NCBI GenBank assembly: GCA_964411615.1
Contig: CAYPLO010000015.1
Coordinates: 1-28,345 of the forward strand
DNA length: 28,345 bases
Origin: an uncultured Aquificales bacterium
Lineage (GTDB): Bacteria; Thermosulfidibacterota; Thermosulfidibacteria; Thermosulfidibacterales; Thermosulfidibacteraceae
Direction of reading: 5' to 3'
Positions 1 to 10,684 of this stretch are shown here, piece by piece; the first letter of the stretch is position 1, and each line of letters begins with the position of its first letter. The notes beneath the pieces are model-generated. The model was not told the origin of the DNA and ran no database searches. It was given only the letters and a program-made list of their open reading frames with translations. Position numbers and translations under genes: made by a program.

Positions 1-273
1 GAGCTTGCAGAGGTGTTAAAGCTATCCCAACCCACCATGACCAGGCATCTGCAGAAACTGGAAGAGGCGGGGCTCGTCAGACACCAGAGGATAAGAAACT
101 TCCAGATATACAGCCTCTCCCCCGAAGACGAAGAGGCAAGAGCACTTCTGAAGCTTGTGCTCGGTAATCTGGAAGATACCCCTGAGATGAAGCAGTTAAA
201 AGAGAGGCTAAAGAGCCTCAAGATAGGGCCTGAGTTTCTTAGAAAACGGTGCGGAGATGGCCATAGACTCTGA
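1..273 (+). CDS. arsR: ArsR/SmtB family transcriptional regulator (5'-truncated by window edge)
   Basis: Frame is open from base 1 (ELAEVLKLSQPTMTRHLQKLEEAGLV...RNFQIYSL), a typical ArsR winged HTH; first gene before permease/thioredoxin/arsC. The GTG at 13 is probably internal. Confidence 0.85.
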   Translation, partial: ELAEVLKLSQPTMTRHLQKLEEAGLVRHQRIRNFQIYSLSPEDEEARALLKLVLGNLEDTPEMKQLKERLKSLKIGPEFLRKRCGDGHRL

Positions 274-1546
274 GAAGAAGAGGGTACTAAAAGAAGTGTC
301 GGTAGCCCTTGGGGTGTTTCTCTTCTTTTTCTTCTTCCCTGCCCAAAAGAGGGTTCTATGGGGTGCAAGGGAGGCCCTGCTTCTTGCCCACTGGTACGCA
401 AGGGAGCATGTTATATTCTGCCTCATACCTGCCTTCTTCATCGCAGGGGCCATAAGTGTATTCGTATCAAAGGAGTCGGTTATGAAGTACCTGGGACCGA
501 ACGCCCCCAAGAGCTTAGCCTACAGCGTGGCCGCTGTCTCAGGCACAATACTGGCAGTATGCTCCTGCACAGTTCTGCCCCTGTTCGCAGGCATCTACCT
601 AAACGGTGCAGGGCTTGGTCCGGCAACCACCTTCCTGTACTCAGGCCCCGCCATAAACATACTGGCCATAGTCCTCACAGCCAGGGTCCTTGGGGTAGAA
701 CTGGGTGTTGCAAGGGCCGCAGGAGCGGTAGGGGCAAGCGTCATAATCGGGATAGTGATGTCCCTCCTGTTTAAAGAAGAGGAGAAAAGCCGCACATCGG
801 TCTTCCAGACGGAATATTCCACGGAGCGGCCCCTGTGGCAGAATGTGCTGTTTATGGCCACCTTAGTGAGTATCCTCATATTCGCCACATGGGGACATGG
901 AACGGGTCTTTGGGAAGAGGTTTACAGGGTAAAGTGGAGACTGCTTGCAGCCAGTGCGGGGCTTCTGCTTCTGGAGCTTAGGCTTCTGTTCGGGGTAAAG
1001 ACAGGATGGCTTGTGGCCATAGCGGTAGCCGCAGGGACAGGGGAACTTCTCTTCAAGAGCCACGAGATGGGGTTCATGCTGGGGGTACTGGCAATGTCGG
1101 TTGCCCTGTGGAGCACAGGTGGAGAGGCCAAGGAGTGGTTTGATGCCTCCTACTGGCTGGGAAGGCAGATACTGCCACTGCTGTTTCTGGGAGTTCTGGG
1201 AGCGGGATTCTTCTTAGGACGTCCAGGACATGAAGCCTTCATACCATCAAAGGTGGTGGCGGAGCTGGTGGGAGGCAACGGTATCCTGGCAAACCTCTTC
1301 GCCTCCGTATCCGGGGCCTTCATGTACTTCGCCACCCTCACAGAGGTACCCATACTCCAGGGGCTCATGGGGGCAGGTATGGGCAAGGGGCCAGCCCTGG
1401 CACTGCTCCTTTCAGGACCTGCCGTCTCTCTACCCAGCATGCTGGTGATACGCTCGGTCCTTGGCACCAAAAAAACCTTGGCGTATGTGGGACTTGTGGT
1501 GTTAATATCAACCCTGTGCGGGTTTATATACGGAAAACTACTTTAA
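257..1546 (+). CDS. DUF318/ArsP-family permease
   Basis: 429 aa, highly hydrophobic; motifs AVCSCTVLP, FLYSGPAIN, YFATLTEVP, LLSGPAVSLP typical of DUF318 permeases; overlaps arsR stop. Confidence 0.85.
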   Translation: MAIDSEKKRVLKEVSVALGVFLFFFFFPAQKRVLWGAREALLLAHWYAREHVIFCLIPAFFIAGAISVFVSKESVMKYLGPNAPKSLAYSVAAVSGTILAVCSCTVLPLFAGIYLNGAGLGPATTFLYSGPAINILAIVLTARVLGVELGVARAAGAVGASVIIGIVMSLLFKEEEKSRTSVFQTEYSTERPLWQNVLFMATLVSILIFATWGHGTGLWEEVYRVKWRLLAASAGLLLLELRLLFGVKTGWLVAIAVAAGTGELLFKSHEMGFMLGVLAMSVALWSTGGEAKEWFDASYWLGRQILPLLFLGVLGAGFFLGRPGHEAFIPSKVVAELVGGNGILANLFASVSGAFMYFATLTEVPILQGLMGAGMGKGPALALLLSGPAVSLPSMLVIRSVLGTKKTLAYVGLVVLISTLCGFIYGKLL

Positions 1547-1557
1547 GGAGGTGGACC

Positions 1558-1797
1558 ATGGCCAGAGAGATTAAGATACTGGGAGGTGGATGCGCAAGGT
1601 GCGAAGCCCTCTACAACAACGCCAAGAAGGCCGTAGAAGAGCTCGGTATTGAAGCGGAGGTGAAGGAAGTGAAGGACTTAACCCAGATAGCCGCCCATGG
1701 TGTTATGCAGACACCTGCATTGGTGGTGGACGGTAAGGTGGTATCACAGGGAAAGGTTCTAACCGCTGAAGAGATAAAGAAGGTGCTCAGCAACTGA
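1558..1797 (+). CDS. Small thioredoxin-like redox-active disulfide protein (MTH895-like)
   Basis: MAREIKILGGGCARC...GVMQTPALVVDGKVV; CxxC plus TP motif. Start moved to ATG 1558, which follows SD AAGGAGGT; 79 aa. Confidence 0.88.
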   Translation: MAREIKILGGGCARCEALYNNAKKAVEELGIEAEVKEVKDLTQIAAHGVMQTPALVVDGKVVSQGKVLTAEEIKKVLSN

Positions 1798-2207
1798 TGA
1801 AGGTTCTGTTTCTCTGCACGGAGAACGCCTGCCGCTCGCAGATGGCAGAGGCCCTGACCAACCACCTGTTCGGGGATAAGGTCAGGGCCTTCTCCGCAGG
1901 GACAAAGCCCGGAAAAGTGCACCCGCTAACGGTAAAGGTCCTGCAGGAGATGGGAATTCCCACGGACGGTCTGAAGAGCAAATCCCTTGAGGAGGTTGGA
2001 GAGAGGGATTTTGACCTAATCGTAACCCTGTGCGATTCTGCCGCAGCAGAATGCCCTACGTTGCCCTTAACAGGCAGGAGAGTCCATATTTCCCTACCCG
2101 ACCCCTCAAAGGTCCAGGGGGATGAGAAGGAGAAACTTGAGGCCTTCAGAAGGGTGAGGGACCAGCTCATCTCCCGCCTTAAGGAGCTTTTCCAGGTTGA
2201 AGAGTAG
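1797..2207 (+). CDS. arsC: Arsenate reductase ArsC, thioredoxin-coupled LMW-PTP fold
   Basis: P-loop CTENACRSQMAE plus resolving pair TLCDSAAAECP and the DP motif; TGATG overlap with the upstream gene. Confidence 0.88.
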   Translation: MKVLFLCTENACRSQMAEALTNHLFGDKVRAFSAGTKPGKVHPLTVKVLQEMGIPTDGLKSKSLEEVGERDFDLIVTLCDSAAAECPTLPLTGRRVHISLPDPSKVQGDEKEKLEAFRRVRDQLISRLKELFQVEE

Positions 2208-2224
2208 CATCCCCATGGTGTAGT
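2197..2224 (+). promoter_or_regulatory. Possible sigma70 promoter for eno
   Basis: TTGAAG (2197-2202), 16 nt, TGTAGT (2219-2224) preceded by TGn; weak match only. Confidence 0.25.
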
Positions 2225-2233
2225 TAATGGTGA

Positions 2234-3525
<1,292 letters not shown>

Positions 3526-3526
<1 letters not shown>

Positions 3527-3550
3527 GGGACCGTCCGGTCCCCCTTTTAT
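3526..3550 (+). terminator. Intrinsic terminator between convergent eno and nuoN, possibly bidirectional
   Basis: GGGGACC-GTCC-GGTCCCC stem-loop followed by CTTTTAT; fills the short gap between two convergent stop codons. Confidence 0.8.
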
Positions 3551-3552
3551 GC

Positions 3553-4974
3553 TTAAGGAATGGCAGCAGATATGGCGTTGTAGAGGGCGCCTGGAATCAG
3601 GCCGTTCTGTATAACCAGAGCCACCAGAAGCAACACCACAATTCCTGTGGCCACCCCCATGTCCATTCTGGGAAGCCCAACCGCATCCCTCATGAACATG
3701 TAGTAAACCACCTTGAGGTAGTAGTAGGCGGCGATGGCGGAGTTTATGAGGGCGAAGAGGACCAGCCAGTAGAGGCCAGCCTTGAGACCTGCAGCAAACA
3801 CGTAGAACTTACCCATGAAGCCCACGGTTCCGGGAAGCCCCGCAAGGGAGAAGAGGAAGACGGCCAAAGCGGCAGCAAGCACGGGATGCTCAACGGCGGC
3901 ACCCTGAAGCCTCTCAAGGTTTGAGCCCTCCTCCCCCTCACCCGCCATAACGCTTATAACGGCAAAGGCCCCAAGATTCATGAGGCAGTAGGCAACGGCA
4001 TAGAAGACAACAGCTGTGGCTCCGAGCTTACTTGCAGCGGCAACCGCCACAAGGGCGTATCCCGCATGGGCTATTGAGGAGTAGGCCAAAAGCCTCTTCA
4101 CATCCATCTGCCTTATGGCTGCCAGATTTCCAACCACCATGGAGACCACAGAGATGAAGACCACAACGTTCAGCCAGAGGCTCTTGGAGGGGCCCAGCGC
4201 CTCAAAGAAGAACCTCACGATGAAGACAAAAATTGCCGCCTTGGCGGCGGTCATCATGAAGCCGGTAACAGGTGCGGGAGAACCCTGATACACATCGGGA
4301 GCCCAGATGTGGAAGGGAGCGGCAGACAGCTTGAAGAAGACAGAAATGGCAAAGAGCACAACCCCCACAGAGAGCACAAGGGAAGGTCTAGCACCTACAA
4401 GCTGAACCATGTCAAGGCTTCCGACAGCAGAGTATATAAGGGCCATACCAACCACGGAAAAACCGGCGGAGAAGGCCCCAACCAAGAAGTACTTCAGCGC
4501 CGCCTCAACGCACAGGTCTCTCTCCCTCACAAACCCGGCAAGGGCGTATAGACATACAGACATGAGCTCAAGGCTCAAGAAGAAGACCAGAAGATGGGTG
4601 GAGGAAGCCAGAAACATCATGGCGGCAGTGGCGAACATAACCAGACCGTAGAACTCCCCGTAGTTCCTCTTCTCCCTCACCAGATAGTCCCTGGCGTAGA
4701 AGCAGGTCACAAGGGCACAGAAGATGAAGAGGAAGTTGGCAAGGTAGGCCAGCTTGTCCCTGAGAATGAGATAGGCGAAGGCCCTGCCGTGGTCCCCAAA
4801 GAGCTTGCAGTTGAAGTAGGCGGCCACAACAAGGCCCAGGGCGCTCAGTATATTCAGAAAGCTCTCCCTGTGTCTGCTCCATGCATCCACAATGAGAACC
4901 ACAAAGGCAGTGGTCAAGACGGCAAGCTCGGGAAGTATCAACAACAGGTCCTTAGTGGAGACCATAGCCACCAT
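3553..4974 (-). CDS. nuoN: NADH-quinone oxidoreductase subunit N
   Basis: [44 protein letters not shown] motifs; start placed at ATG 4974 after GGAGG (track start 4995 overlaps nuoM; 4965 also possible). Confidence 0.95.
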   Translation of the reverse strand: MVAMVSTKDLLLILPELAVLTTAFVVLIVDAWSRHRESFLNILSALGLVVAAYFNCKLFGDHGRAFAYLILRDKLAYLANFLFIFCALVTCFYARDYLVREKRNYGEFYGLVMFATAAMMFLASSTHLLVFFLSLELMSVCLYALAGFVRERDLCVEAALKYFLVGAFSAGFSVVGMALIYSAVGSLDMVQLVGARPSLVLSVGVVLFAISVFFKLSAAPFHIWAPDVYQGSPAPVTGFMMTAAKAAIFVFIVRFFFEALGPSKSLWLNVVVFISVVSMVVGNLAAIRQMDVKRLLAYSSIAHAGYALVAVAAASKLGATAVVFYAVAYCLMNLGAFAVISVMAGEGEEGSNLERLQGAAVEHPVLAAALAVFLFSLAGLPGTVGFMGKFYVFAAGLKAGLYWLVLFALINSAIAAYYYLKVVYYMFMRDAVGLPRMDMGVATGIVVLLLVALVIQNGLIPGALYNAISAAIP

Positions 4975-4984
4975 GACGCCTCCC

Positions 4985-6544
4985 TCAATCCTCAATCTTC
5001 TTCACATCAGAAGAGGCCAGTCTCTTCACCGGCACCTCGTACACCGCGTATACACTGGCTTCCCCTCTGGAAAGCTTTATAAAGGCCTCAACAGAGGGCT
5101 TCATCCTCTCTAAGAAGGGTTTGGGATAGAGACCTATCCAGAACATGGGTATAACAATCATCAGCATTATGAATATCTCCCTGAAGTTCAGGTCCTTAAG
5201 CTTCATGTTGGCAGGGTTGGTGAGGGGCTGGAAGAACACCCTCTTGTACATCCAGAGCAGATAGGCAGCAGAAAAGATGACAGCGCTTGTCCCCAAGATG
5301 GCAAAGACGGGGTAGTTCTGGAAGGTGCCAATAAGAGTGAGGAACTCGCCAACGAAGCCGTTGAGTCCGGGAAGTCCGCAGGAGGAGAACATGGCTATCA
5401 TGAAGAAGGTGGCGTAGATGGGCATAACCTTGGCTATGCCACCGTACTCCTTTATGAGCCTGGTATGGCGCCTGTCGTAAATCATCCCCACCAGAAGGAA
5501 GAGGGCCCCCGTTGAGATACCGTGGTTTATCATCTGGAGGAGACTGCCCGAAACGCTCTGCAGGTTAAGGGCAAAGAGTCCAAGCATACATGTTCCCAGG
5601 TGGCTCACAGAGGAGTAGGCCACCAGCTTCTTTATATCCTCCTGCACCAGGGCCACTAAGGCACCGTAGATTATGCCTATGACCGCCAAGGTCAAAAACA
5701 GAGGGGTAAACTTCTGCACCGCCTGGGGGAAGAAGGGCATGCAGAACCTCATGAACCCGTAGGTCCCCATCTTCAGCAGAACACCGGCGAGGATGACGGA
5801 ACCGGCGGTTGGAGCCTCAACGTGGGCATCGGGAAGCCACGTGTGGAAGGGCCACATGGGAACCTTTATGGCGAAGGCCACAGCAAAGGCCAGAAAGAGC
5901 CAGGGAACAACGCTCTGGGGAACGGGGGTTTTCAGAAGCTCAACGAGGTCAAAGGAGAGGGTTCCCGCAACCTTATAGTGGTTCCAGTAAAGATAGATGA
6001 TGGCCCCCAGCATGAGGACAGAGCCCGCCATGGTATAGAGGAAGAACTTTATGGCGGCATAAACCCTCCTCGGACCGCCCCAGACCCCTATGAGCAGGAA
6101 CATGGGAACGAGCATAACCTCCCAGAACAGGTAGAAGAGGAGCAGGTCCAGGGCCACAAAGACCCCCACCATGGTGGACTCAAGAAAGAGGAAGGATATC
6201 ATGTACTCCTTGACCCTCTTATCTATGCTCCAGGAGGCCAGTATGCTCAGCACCGTAAGGAAGGTGGTGAGCAGCACAAGAAACAGGGAGATACCGTCAA
6301 CACCTAAGTGATAGCTGGCACCCCAGGCCTTTATCCAGGGAATCCTCTCCACAAACTGGAACTGGGCGGTGCCGAGCCTGAACTTGAAGTAAAGGGGAAC
6401 CGAAAGCAGAAACTCTATCACCGAAATGACAAAGGCGGTCCAGCGGATAACGTTCACACTTCTTCTGTCTATGAAGGAGATTATGAGCACACCGAGCAGC
6501 GGGAAAAGTATCAGAACCGTAAGGATGGGAAAGTTCTCCATCAT
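4985..6544 (-). CDS. nuoM: NADH-quinone oxidoreductase subunit M
   Basis: [54 protein letters not shown]. Confidence 0.97.
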   Translation of the reverse strand: MMENFPILTVLILFPLLGVLIISFIDRRSVNVIRWTAFVISVIEFLLSVPLYFKFRLGTAQFQFVERIPWIKAWGASYHLGVDGISLFLVLLTTFLTVLSILASWSIDKRVKEYMISFLFLESTMVGVFVALDLLLFYLFWEVMLVPMFLLIGVWGGPRRVYAAIKFFLYTMAGSVLMLGAIIYLYWNHYKVAGTLSFDLVELLKTPVPQSVVPWLFLAFAVAFAIKVPMWPFHTWLPDAHVEAPTAGSVILAGVLLKMGTYGFMRFCMPFFPQAVQKFTPLFLTLAVIGIIYGALVALVQEDIKKLVAYSSVSHLGTCMLGLFALNLQSVSGSLLQMINHGISTGALFLLVGMIYDRRHTRLIKEYGGIAKVMPIYATFFMIAMFSSCGLPGLNGFVGEFLTLIGTFQNYPVFAILGTSAVIFSAAYLLWMYKRVFFQPLTNPANMKLKDLNFREIFIMLMIVIPMFWIGLYPKPFLERMKPSVEAFIKLSRGEASVYAVYEVPVKRLASSDVKKIED

Positions 6545-6554
6545 TCCCTACCCC

Positions 6555-8438
6555 TCAGAAGAGTATTTTCAGTCCACAGACCAGAATGACCCCTACAAGC
6601 ACAACCCATGCGTAATCGGGAACGTAACCCGTCTGAATCTTTCTGACTCCTGCACCTATGAGGGAACAGAGGCGGGCCACACCGTTCACTATCCCGTCTA
6701 TTATTAACACATCCACTATCTTCCACAGCACATGCCTTGAGATGCCCACGGTGGGATTGATGAAGAGGGCAAAGTAGAGCTCATCAACCCAGTACCTGTT
6801 GTAGAGCACCAAGTATATGGGCCTGAACCTCTGGGCCATGGCCACAGGGTCGGGCGTTCTCTTTATATACATGAGATAGGCAAGTCCGATACCCGCAAGA
6901 CCCACAAGGACAGATATCACTATGAGGGCACCTGCCCCTCCCTCGTGCTCCACATGATGGGCCACCTCGTGTCCCGTGGCCATTATCCTGTTCACAAACC
7001 CCTCAAAGCCCCCACCAGGGGCAAGGGCCAGAAGACCGGCAAGGGCAGAGCCCACAGCCAGAACTATGAGGGGGATGGTCATAACCGGAGGATTCTCGTG
7101 GGCGTGCTCGTAGAGATGCTTGTCCCTGGGCTCACCGAAAAAGGTGAGGAAGATGAGCCTGAACATGTAAAAGGCGGTCATACCGGCGGTTACGGTCCCC
7201 ACAAACCACACAACCTTATGGCCGCTCACAAAGGCGTGGTGCAGTATGGAGTCCTTGGACCAGAAGCCCGCCAGTGGGGGGACACCGGCTATGGCAAGGG
7301 CACCAACTATGAAGGTGATGCCCGTTATCTTCATCTTGTTTATGAGACCTCCCATCTTCTGCATGTCCAGCTCACCGTGCAGGGCGTGCATGACGGAGCC
7401 CGCACAGAGGAACATGAGCCCCTTGAAGAAGGCGTGGGTGAAGAGATGAAAGATTCCTGCGGCGTAAGCCCCCACACCCACACCCACAAACATGTATCCC
7501 AGCTGGCTTATGGTGGAGAAGGCCAGCACCCTCTTCAGGTCGTTGTTAACGAGGGCCATGGATGCTGCAAACATGGCGGTGGCAGCACCAATTGTTGCCA
7601 CAACCTCCATGGTGAAGGGGGCCAGGTTAAACAGAACATGGGACCTGGCTATCATGTAAACGCCGGCCGTAACCATGGTGGCGGCGTGAATGAGGGAGGA
7701 GACGGGAGTCGGACCCTCCATGGCATCGGGCAACCAGACGTAAAGGGGTATCTGGGCGGACTTTCCGGTGGCGCCTGTAAAGAGGAGCAGGGTTATGACG
7801 GTGGCCACGGGTATGGAGAGCTCATGGGCACGGGCAAAGACATCGTGAAACACCAAGGAGCCCAGATACTTGTATATGAGAAAGAGTCCAATGGTGAAGC
7901 CGAAGTCACCCACCCTGTTGGTTATGAAGGCCTTCATACCCGCATTGGCGGCGGAGACCTTCTCGTACCAGTAGCCTATGAGGAGGTAGGAGCAGAGACC
8001 GACACCCTCCCATCCCACGAACATGAGCAGGTAGTTGTTGGCAAGGACCAGAACAAGCATGAAGAAGACGAACAGGTTGAGATAGGTGAAGTACCTGGCG
8101 TAGGATACATCGGGCTCGTGGTCCATGTACCCTATGGAGTATATGTGTATCCAGGTGGCTATGAAGGTGACGGTGGTTATCATCACCGCCGAGAGCTCAT
8201 CCAGCAGGAAGCCCACGGGAATCTTCAGTCCCCCAATGGATATCCACCAGTAGAGGACCTCATCGTAGTGGGCCCCCTTGGCCACCTTCACAAGAAGTAT
8301 GAGAGACAGGACCGCCGGTATGGCTATGGCAGGCACAGCGATATAGTGGGCCTTTCTCCTGGTCTTCCAGCAGAAGATGCCGTTTATGGCCGCTCCCAGA
8401 AGGGGAATGAAGACCACGCCAAGTATCAGCTTCTCCAT
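6555..8438 (-). CDS. nuoL: NADH-quinone oxidoreductase subunit L
   Basis: GWEGVGLCSYLLIG, GKSAQIPLYVWLPDAMEGPTPVSSLIHAATMVTAG, HAFFK, C-terminal QTG helix region. Confidence 0.97.
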   Translation of the reverse strand: MEKLILGVVFIPLLGAAINGIFCWKTRRKAHYIAVPAIAIPAVLSLILLVKVAKGAHYDEVLYWWISIGGLKIPVGFLLDELSAVMITTVTFIATWIHIYSIGYMDHEPDVSYARYFTYLNLFVFFMLVLVLANNYLLMFVGWEGVGLCSYLLIGYWYEKVSAANAGMKAFITNRVGDFGFTIGLFLIYKYLGSLVFHDVFARAHELSIPVATVITLLLFTGATGKSAQIPLYVWLPDAMEGPTPVSSLIHAATMVTAGVYMIARSHVLFNLAPFTMEVVATIGAATAMFAASMALVNNDLKRVLAFSTISQLGYMFVGVGVGAYAAGIFHLFTHAFFKGLMFLCAGSVMHALHGELDMQKMGGLINKMKITGITFIVGALAIAGVPPLAGFWSKDSILHHAFVSGHKVVWFVGTVTAGMTAFYMFRLIFLTFFGEPRDKHLYEHAHENPPVMTIPLIVLAVGSALAGLLALAPGGGFEGFVNRIMATGHEVAHHVEHEGGAGALIVISVLVGLAGIGLAYLMYIKRTPDPVAMAQRFRPIYLVLYNRYWVDELYFALFINPTVGISRHVLWKIVDVLIIDGIVNGVARLCSLIGAGVRKIQTGYVPDYAWVVLVGVILVCGLKILF

Positions 8439-8448
8439 GCCGTTCCTC

Positions 8449-8748
8449 CTACCACCTCATCAGGTCCGCTTTGTCTATCTCCACACCGCCACGGCGTCTG
8501 TAGAAGGCTGTTATAACGGCCATCCCTATGGCCGCCTCCGCCGCCGCTATGGCCATGATGAACAGAACCACAACCTGGGCCTCAACTATCCCCTTGTATC
8601 TGGAGACCCCCATCAGTATCACGTTGGCCCCGTTGAGCATGAGCTCAATACAGAGGAACATGACTATGGCGTTCTTCCTGACGAGAACCCCCAGTGCTCC
8701 TATACCGAACAGCAACAACCCGATTGTATAAGACAGCGTCATGCCCAT
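8449..8748 (-). CDS. nuoK: NADH-quinone oxidoreductase subunit K
   Basis: 99 aa; IELMLNGAN and AAAEAAIG conserved glutamate motifs. Confidence 0.95.
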   Translation of the reverse strand: MGMTLSYTIGLLLFGIGALGVLVRKNAIVMFLCIELMLNGANVILMGVSRYKGIVEAQVVVLFIMAIAAAEAAIGMAVITAFYRRRGGVEIDKADLMRW

Positions 8749-8757
8749 ACCGCACCC

Positions 8758-9252
8758 CTACATCCTTTTCTTGGCCAGTGCCACAGCACCCACGGCGGCA
8801 GCAAAGATGAGAACGGATACAAGCTCAAAGGGCAACACATACTTGCTGAAGAGAACATCGGCTATCTTACCTGCGTGGATGTAGCCGGATATAGCCGTGC
8901 CTGATGTGAGCTTCAGTCCCGCAAGCTGAACCAGAAACACCACCACAGCCGCAAGGGCAAACAGCAGCCTGGGGGTGAAGAACCTCTCCGTGCTCTCCCC
9001 CTTGCCCATGTTCACCAGCATTATGACGAAGAGGACAAAGACCACCACAGCGCCCATGTATACAATCACCTGAACTATGGCCACGAAAGGTGCCTTCATC
9101 ACCGCAAGGTACATGACTGCGGTGAGGCACAGGTTGGCCAGAAAGGCCAAAGCGGCATGGACAGGGTTCTTCAGAAACACAACGCCCAAGGCACACAGAA
9201 CCATCAGGGCGCCGAGAACTCCCATAACAGCCAGCTCCACCGTTCCACCCAT
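8758..9252 (-). CDS. nuoJ: NADH-quinone oxidoreductase subunit J
   Basis: KNPVHAAL, QVIVYMGAVVVFVLFVIML, YVLPFELVS. Confidence 0.95.
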   Translation of the reverse strand: MGGTVELAVMGVLGALMVLCALGVVFLKNPVHAALAFLANLCLTAVMYLAVMKAPFVAIVQVIVYMGAVVVFVLFVIMLVNMGKGESTERFFTPRLLFALAAVVVFLVQLAGLKLTSGTAISGYIHAGKIADVLFSKYVLPFELVSVLIFAAAVGAVALAKKRM

Positions 9253-9255
9253 GGC

Positions 9256-9669
9256 CTACCTCTTCTCCAGCAGGGTCTCTTTGGTCTGAAGGAGTTTCTC
9301 CCTTTCGGGCTCTGCAAGCTCATAATCCGGTGTAAGCTCTATGGCTCCTCTGGGACAGGCCTCCTCACAGTAGCCACAGAAGATACACCGTCTGTAGTCT
9401 ATCTCGTAAATGGCGGCTATCTTGCCCACATCGGACTTCTCGGGCGGGGCCTCCTCACCGTATATCCTTATGGCGTTGGCGGGACACACCGCCTCACACA
9501 GACCACAGTAGCAGCACTTCTCCCTGCCCTCCTCATCCACCCTCAGAATATGCCTCCCCCTCCAGCGTGGGGAGACCTCAAGCTTCTCGTAGGGATACTT
9601 GACGGTGAAGGCCGGTTTGAACAGATGGGTGAAGGTTATCTTCAGTCCCTTGATGAGGGGTCCAACCAT
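9256..9669 (-). CDS. nuoI: NADH-quinone oxidoreductase subunit I (2x[4Fe-4S])
   Basis: TVKYPYEK, CxxCxxCxxxCP (CCYCGLCEAVCP) and CIFCGYCEEACP. Confidence 0.96.
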   Translation of the reverse strand: MVGPLIKGLKITFTHLFKPAFTVKYPYEKLEVSPRWRGRHILRVDEEGREKCCYCGLCEAVCPANAIRIYGEEAPPEKSDVGKIAAIYEIDYRRCIFCGYCEEACPRGAIELTPDYELAEPEREKLLQTKETLLEKR

Positions 9670-9670
9670 C

Positions 9671-10675
9671 TCACACTCCTCCCTTCATTATCACCACAAG
9701 CCCCGTACCCAGTATGTTGAACAGGGTCACAGGAATGAGGTACTTCCAGCACATCCCCATGAGCTGGTCGTATCTGAGCCTGGGATAGGTCCACCTTATC
9801 CAGAGCATGAAGAAGAAGAGGGCAAAGGTCTTTAGAAGGAACCACACAGGCCCCGGGATGAAAGAGAGGGCAGCAAGGGGAGCGTACCAGCCACCGAGAA
9901 AGACCGCCGTGGCTATGGCAGAAGATACCACCATGTTCGCATACTCACCCATGAAGAACATGGCGAACTTCATACTGCTGTACTCCGTGTGATACCCGCC
10001 CACCAGCTCGGACTCCGCCTCGGGAAGGTCAAAGGGAGCTCTGTTCAGTTCAGCAACGGCCGCTATCATGTATGCGATAAAGGCGACGGGCTGCTTTATG
10101 AAGAGCCACATATCCTTCTGATACTTCACTATATCCACAAGGTTGAAGGAGCCAACCAGCATGACAACCCCTATGATGGACAGCCCCAGCACCAGCTCAT
10201 AGCTGATGAATTGAGCCGCCGACCTTAGCCCACCCAGCAACGGATACTTGGAGTTGCCCGACCATCCCCCCAGCATGATGGCATAAACAGATAGAGAGCT
10301 GACCCCAAGGAAGTAAAGCAGGGCTATATTTATATCCGTTATGGGAAGGGGTATCTGCCTGCCGAAGAGGTTTATGCTATCCCCTATGGGGATGACCGCA
10401 AGCACAAGAAGGGGAGGAGCCACCGCAAGGGCAGGAGCTATGAAGTAGGTGAACCTGTCGGAGGCTGTGGCCACTATATCCTCTTTGAAGAACAGCTTCA
10501 CTCCGTCGGCAAGGGGCTGCAAAAGACCGTGGGGTCCACAGTGATAGGGGCCAAGCCTGTCCTGTATATGGCCCGCCACCTTCCTCTCGGCCAAGGTCCC
10601 GTAGGCCACAAAGAGCATCAAAACGGCAAAGTAGATGATAAGCTTAACAACCGTCACCGCTATAAGCACTCCCAT
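9671..10675 (-). CDS. nuoH: NADH-quinone oxidoreductase subunit H
   Basis: ERKVAGHIQDRLGP, ADGVKLFFKE, NRAPFDLPEAESELVGGYHTEYS, PRLRYDQL. Confidence 0.97.
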   Translation of the reverse strand: MGVLIAVTVVKLIIYFAVLMLFVAYGTLAERKVAGHIQDRLGPYHCGPHGLLQPLADGVKLFFKEDIVATASDRFTYFIAPALAVAPPLLVLAVIPIGDSINLFGRQIPLPITDINIALLYFLGVSSLSVYAIMLGGWSGNSKYPLLGGLRSAAQFISYELVLGLSIIGVVMLVGSFNLVDIVKYQKDMWLFIKQPVAFIAYMIAAVAELNRAPFDLPEAESELVGGYHTEYSSMKFAMFFMGEYANMVVSSAIATAVFLGGWYAPLAALSFIPGPVWFLLKTFALFFFMLWIRWTYPRLRYDQLMGMCWKYLIPVTLFNILGTGLVVIMKGGV

Positions 10676-10684
10676 GCCGCCACC

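Noticed and set aside
1795..1800. TGATGA at the end of the thioredoxin-like gene as possible selenocysteine read-through
   Set aside because: CxxC is already complete with Cys codons, the protein is full length, and the TGA simply overlaps the arsC ATG.
6940..6980. His-rich stretch in NuoL (GHEVAHHVEHE)
   Set aside because: His-rich loops at this position are common in NuoL.
4985..8438. Augmented complex I with an extra NuoM or elongated NuoL helix
   Set aside because: Only one nuoM is present and NuoL (627 aa) is of ordinary length.
6945..8516. 523-aa + strand ORF antisense to nuoL
   Set aside because: His/Gly/Glu-rich composition is what the reverse complement of hydrophobic codons gives; shadow ORF.
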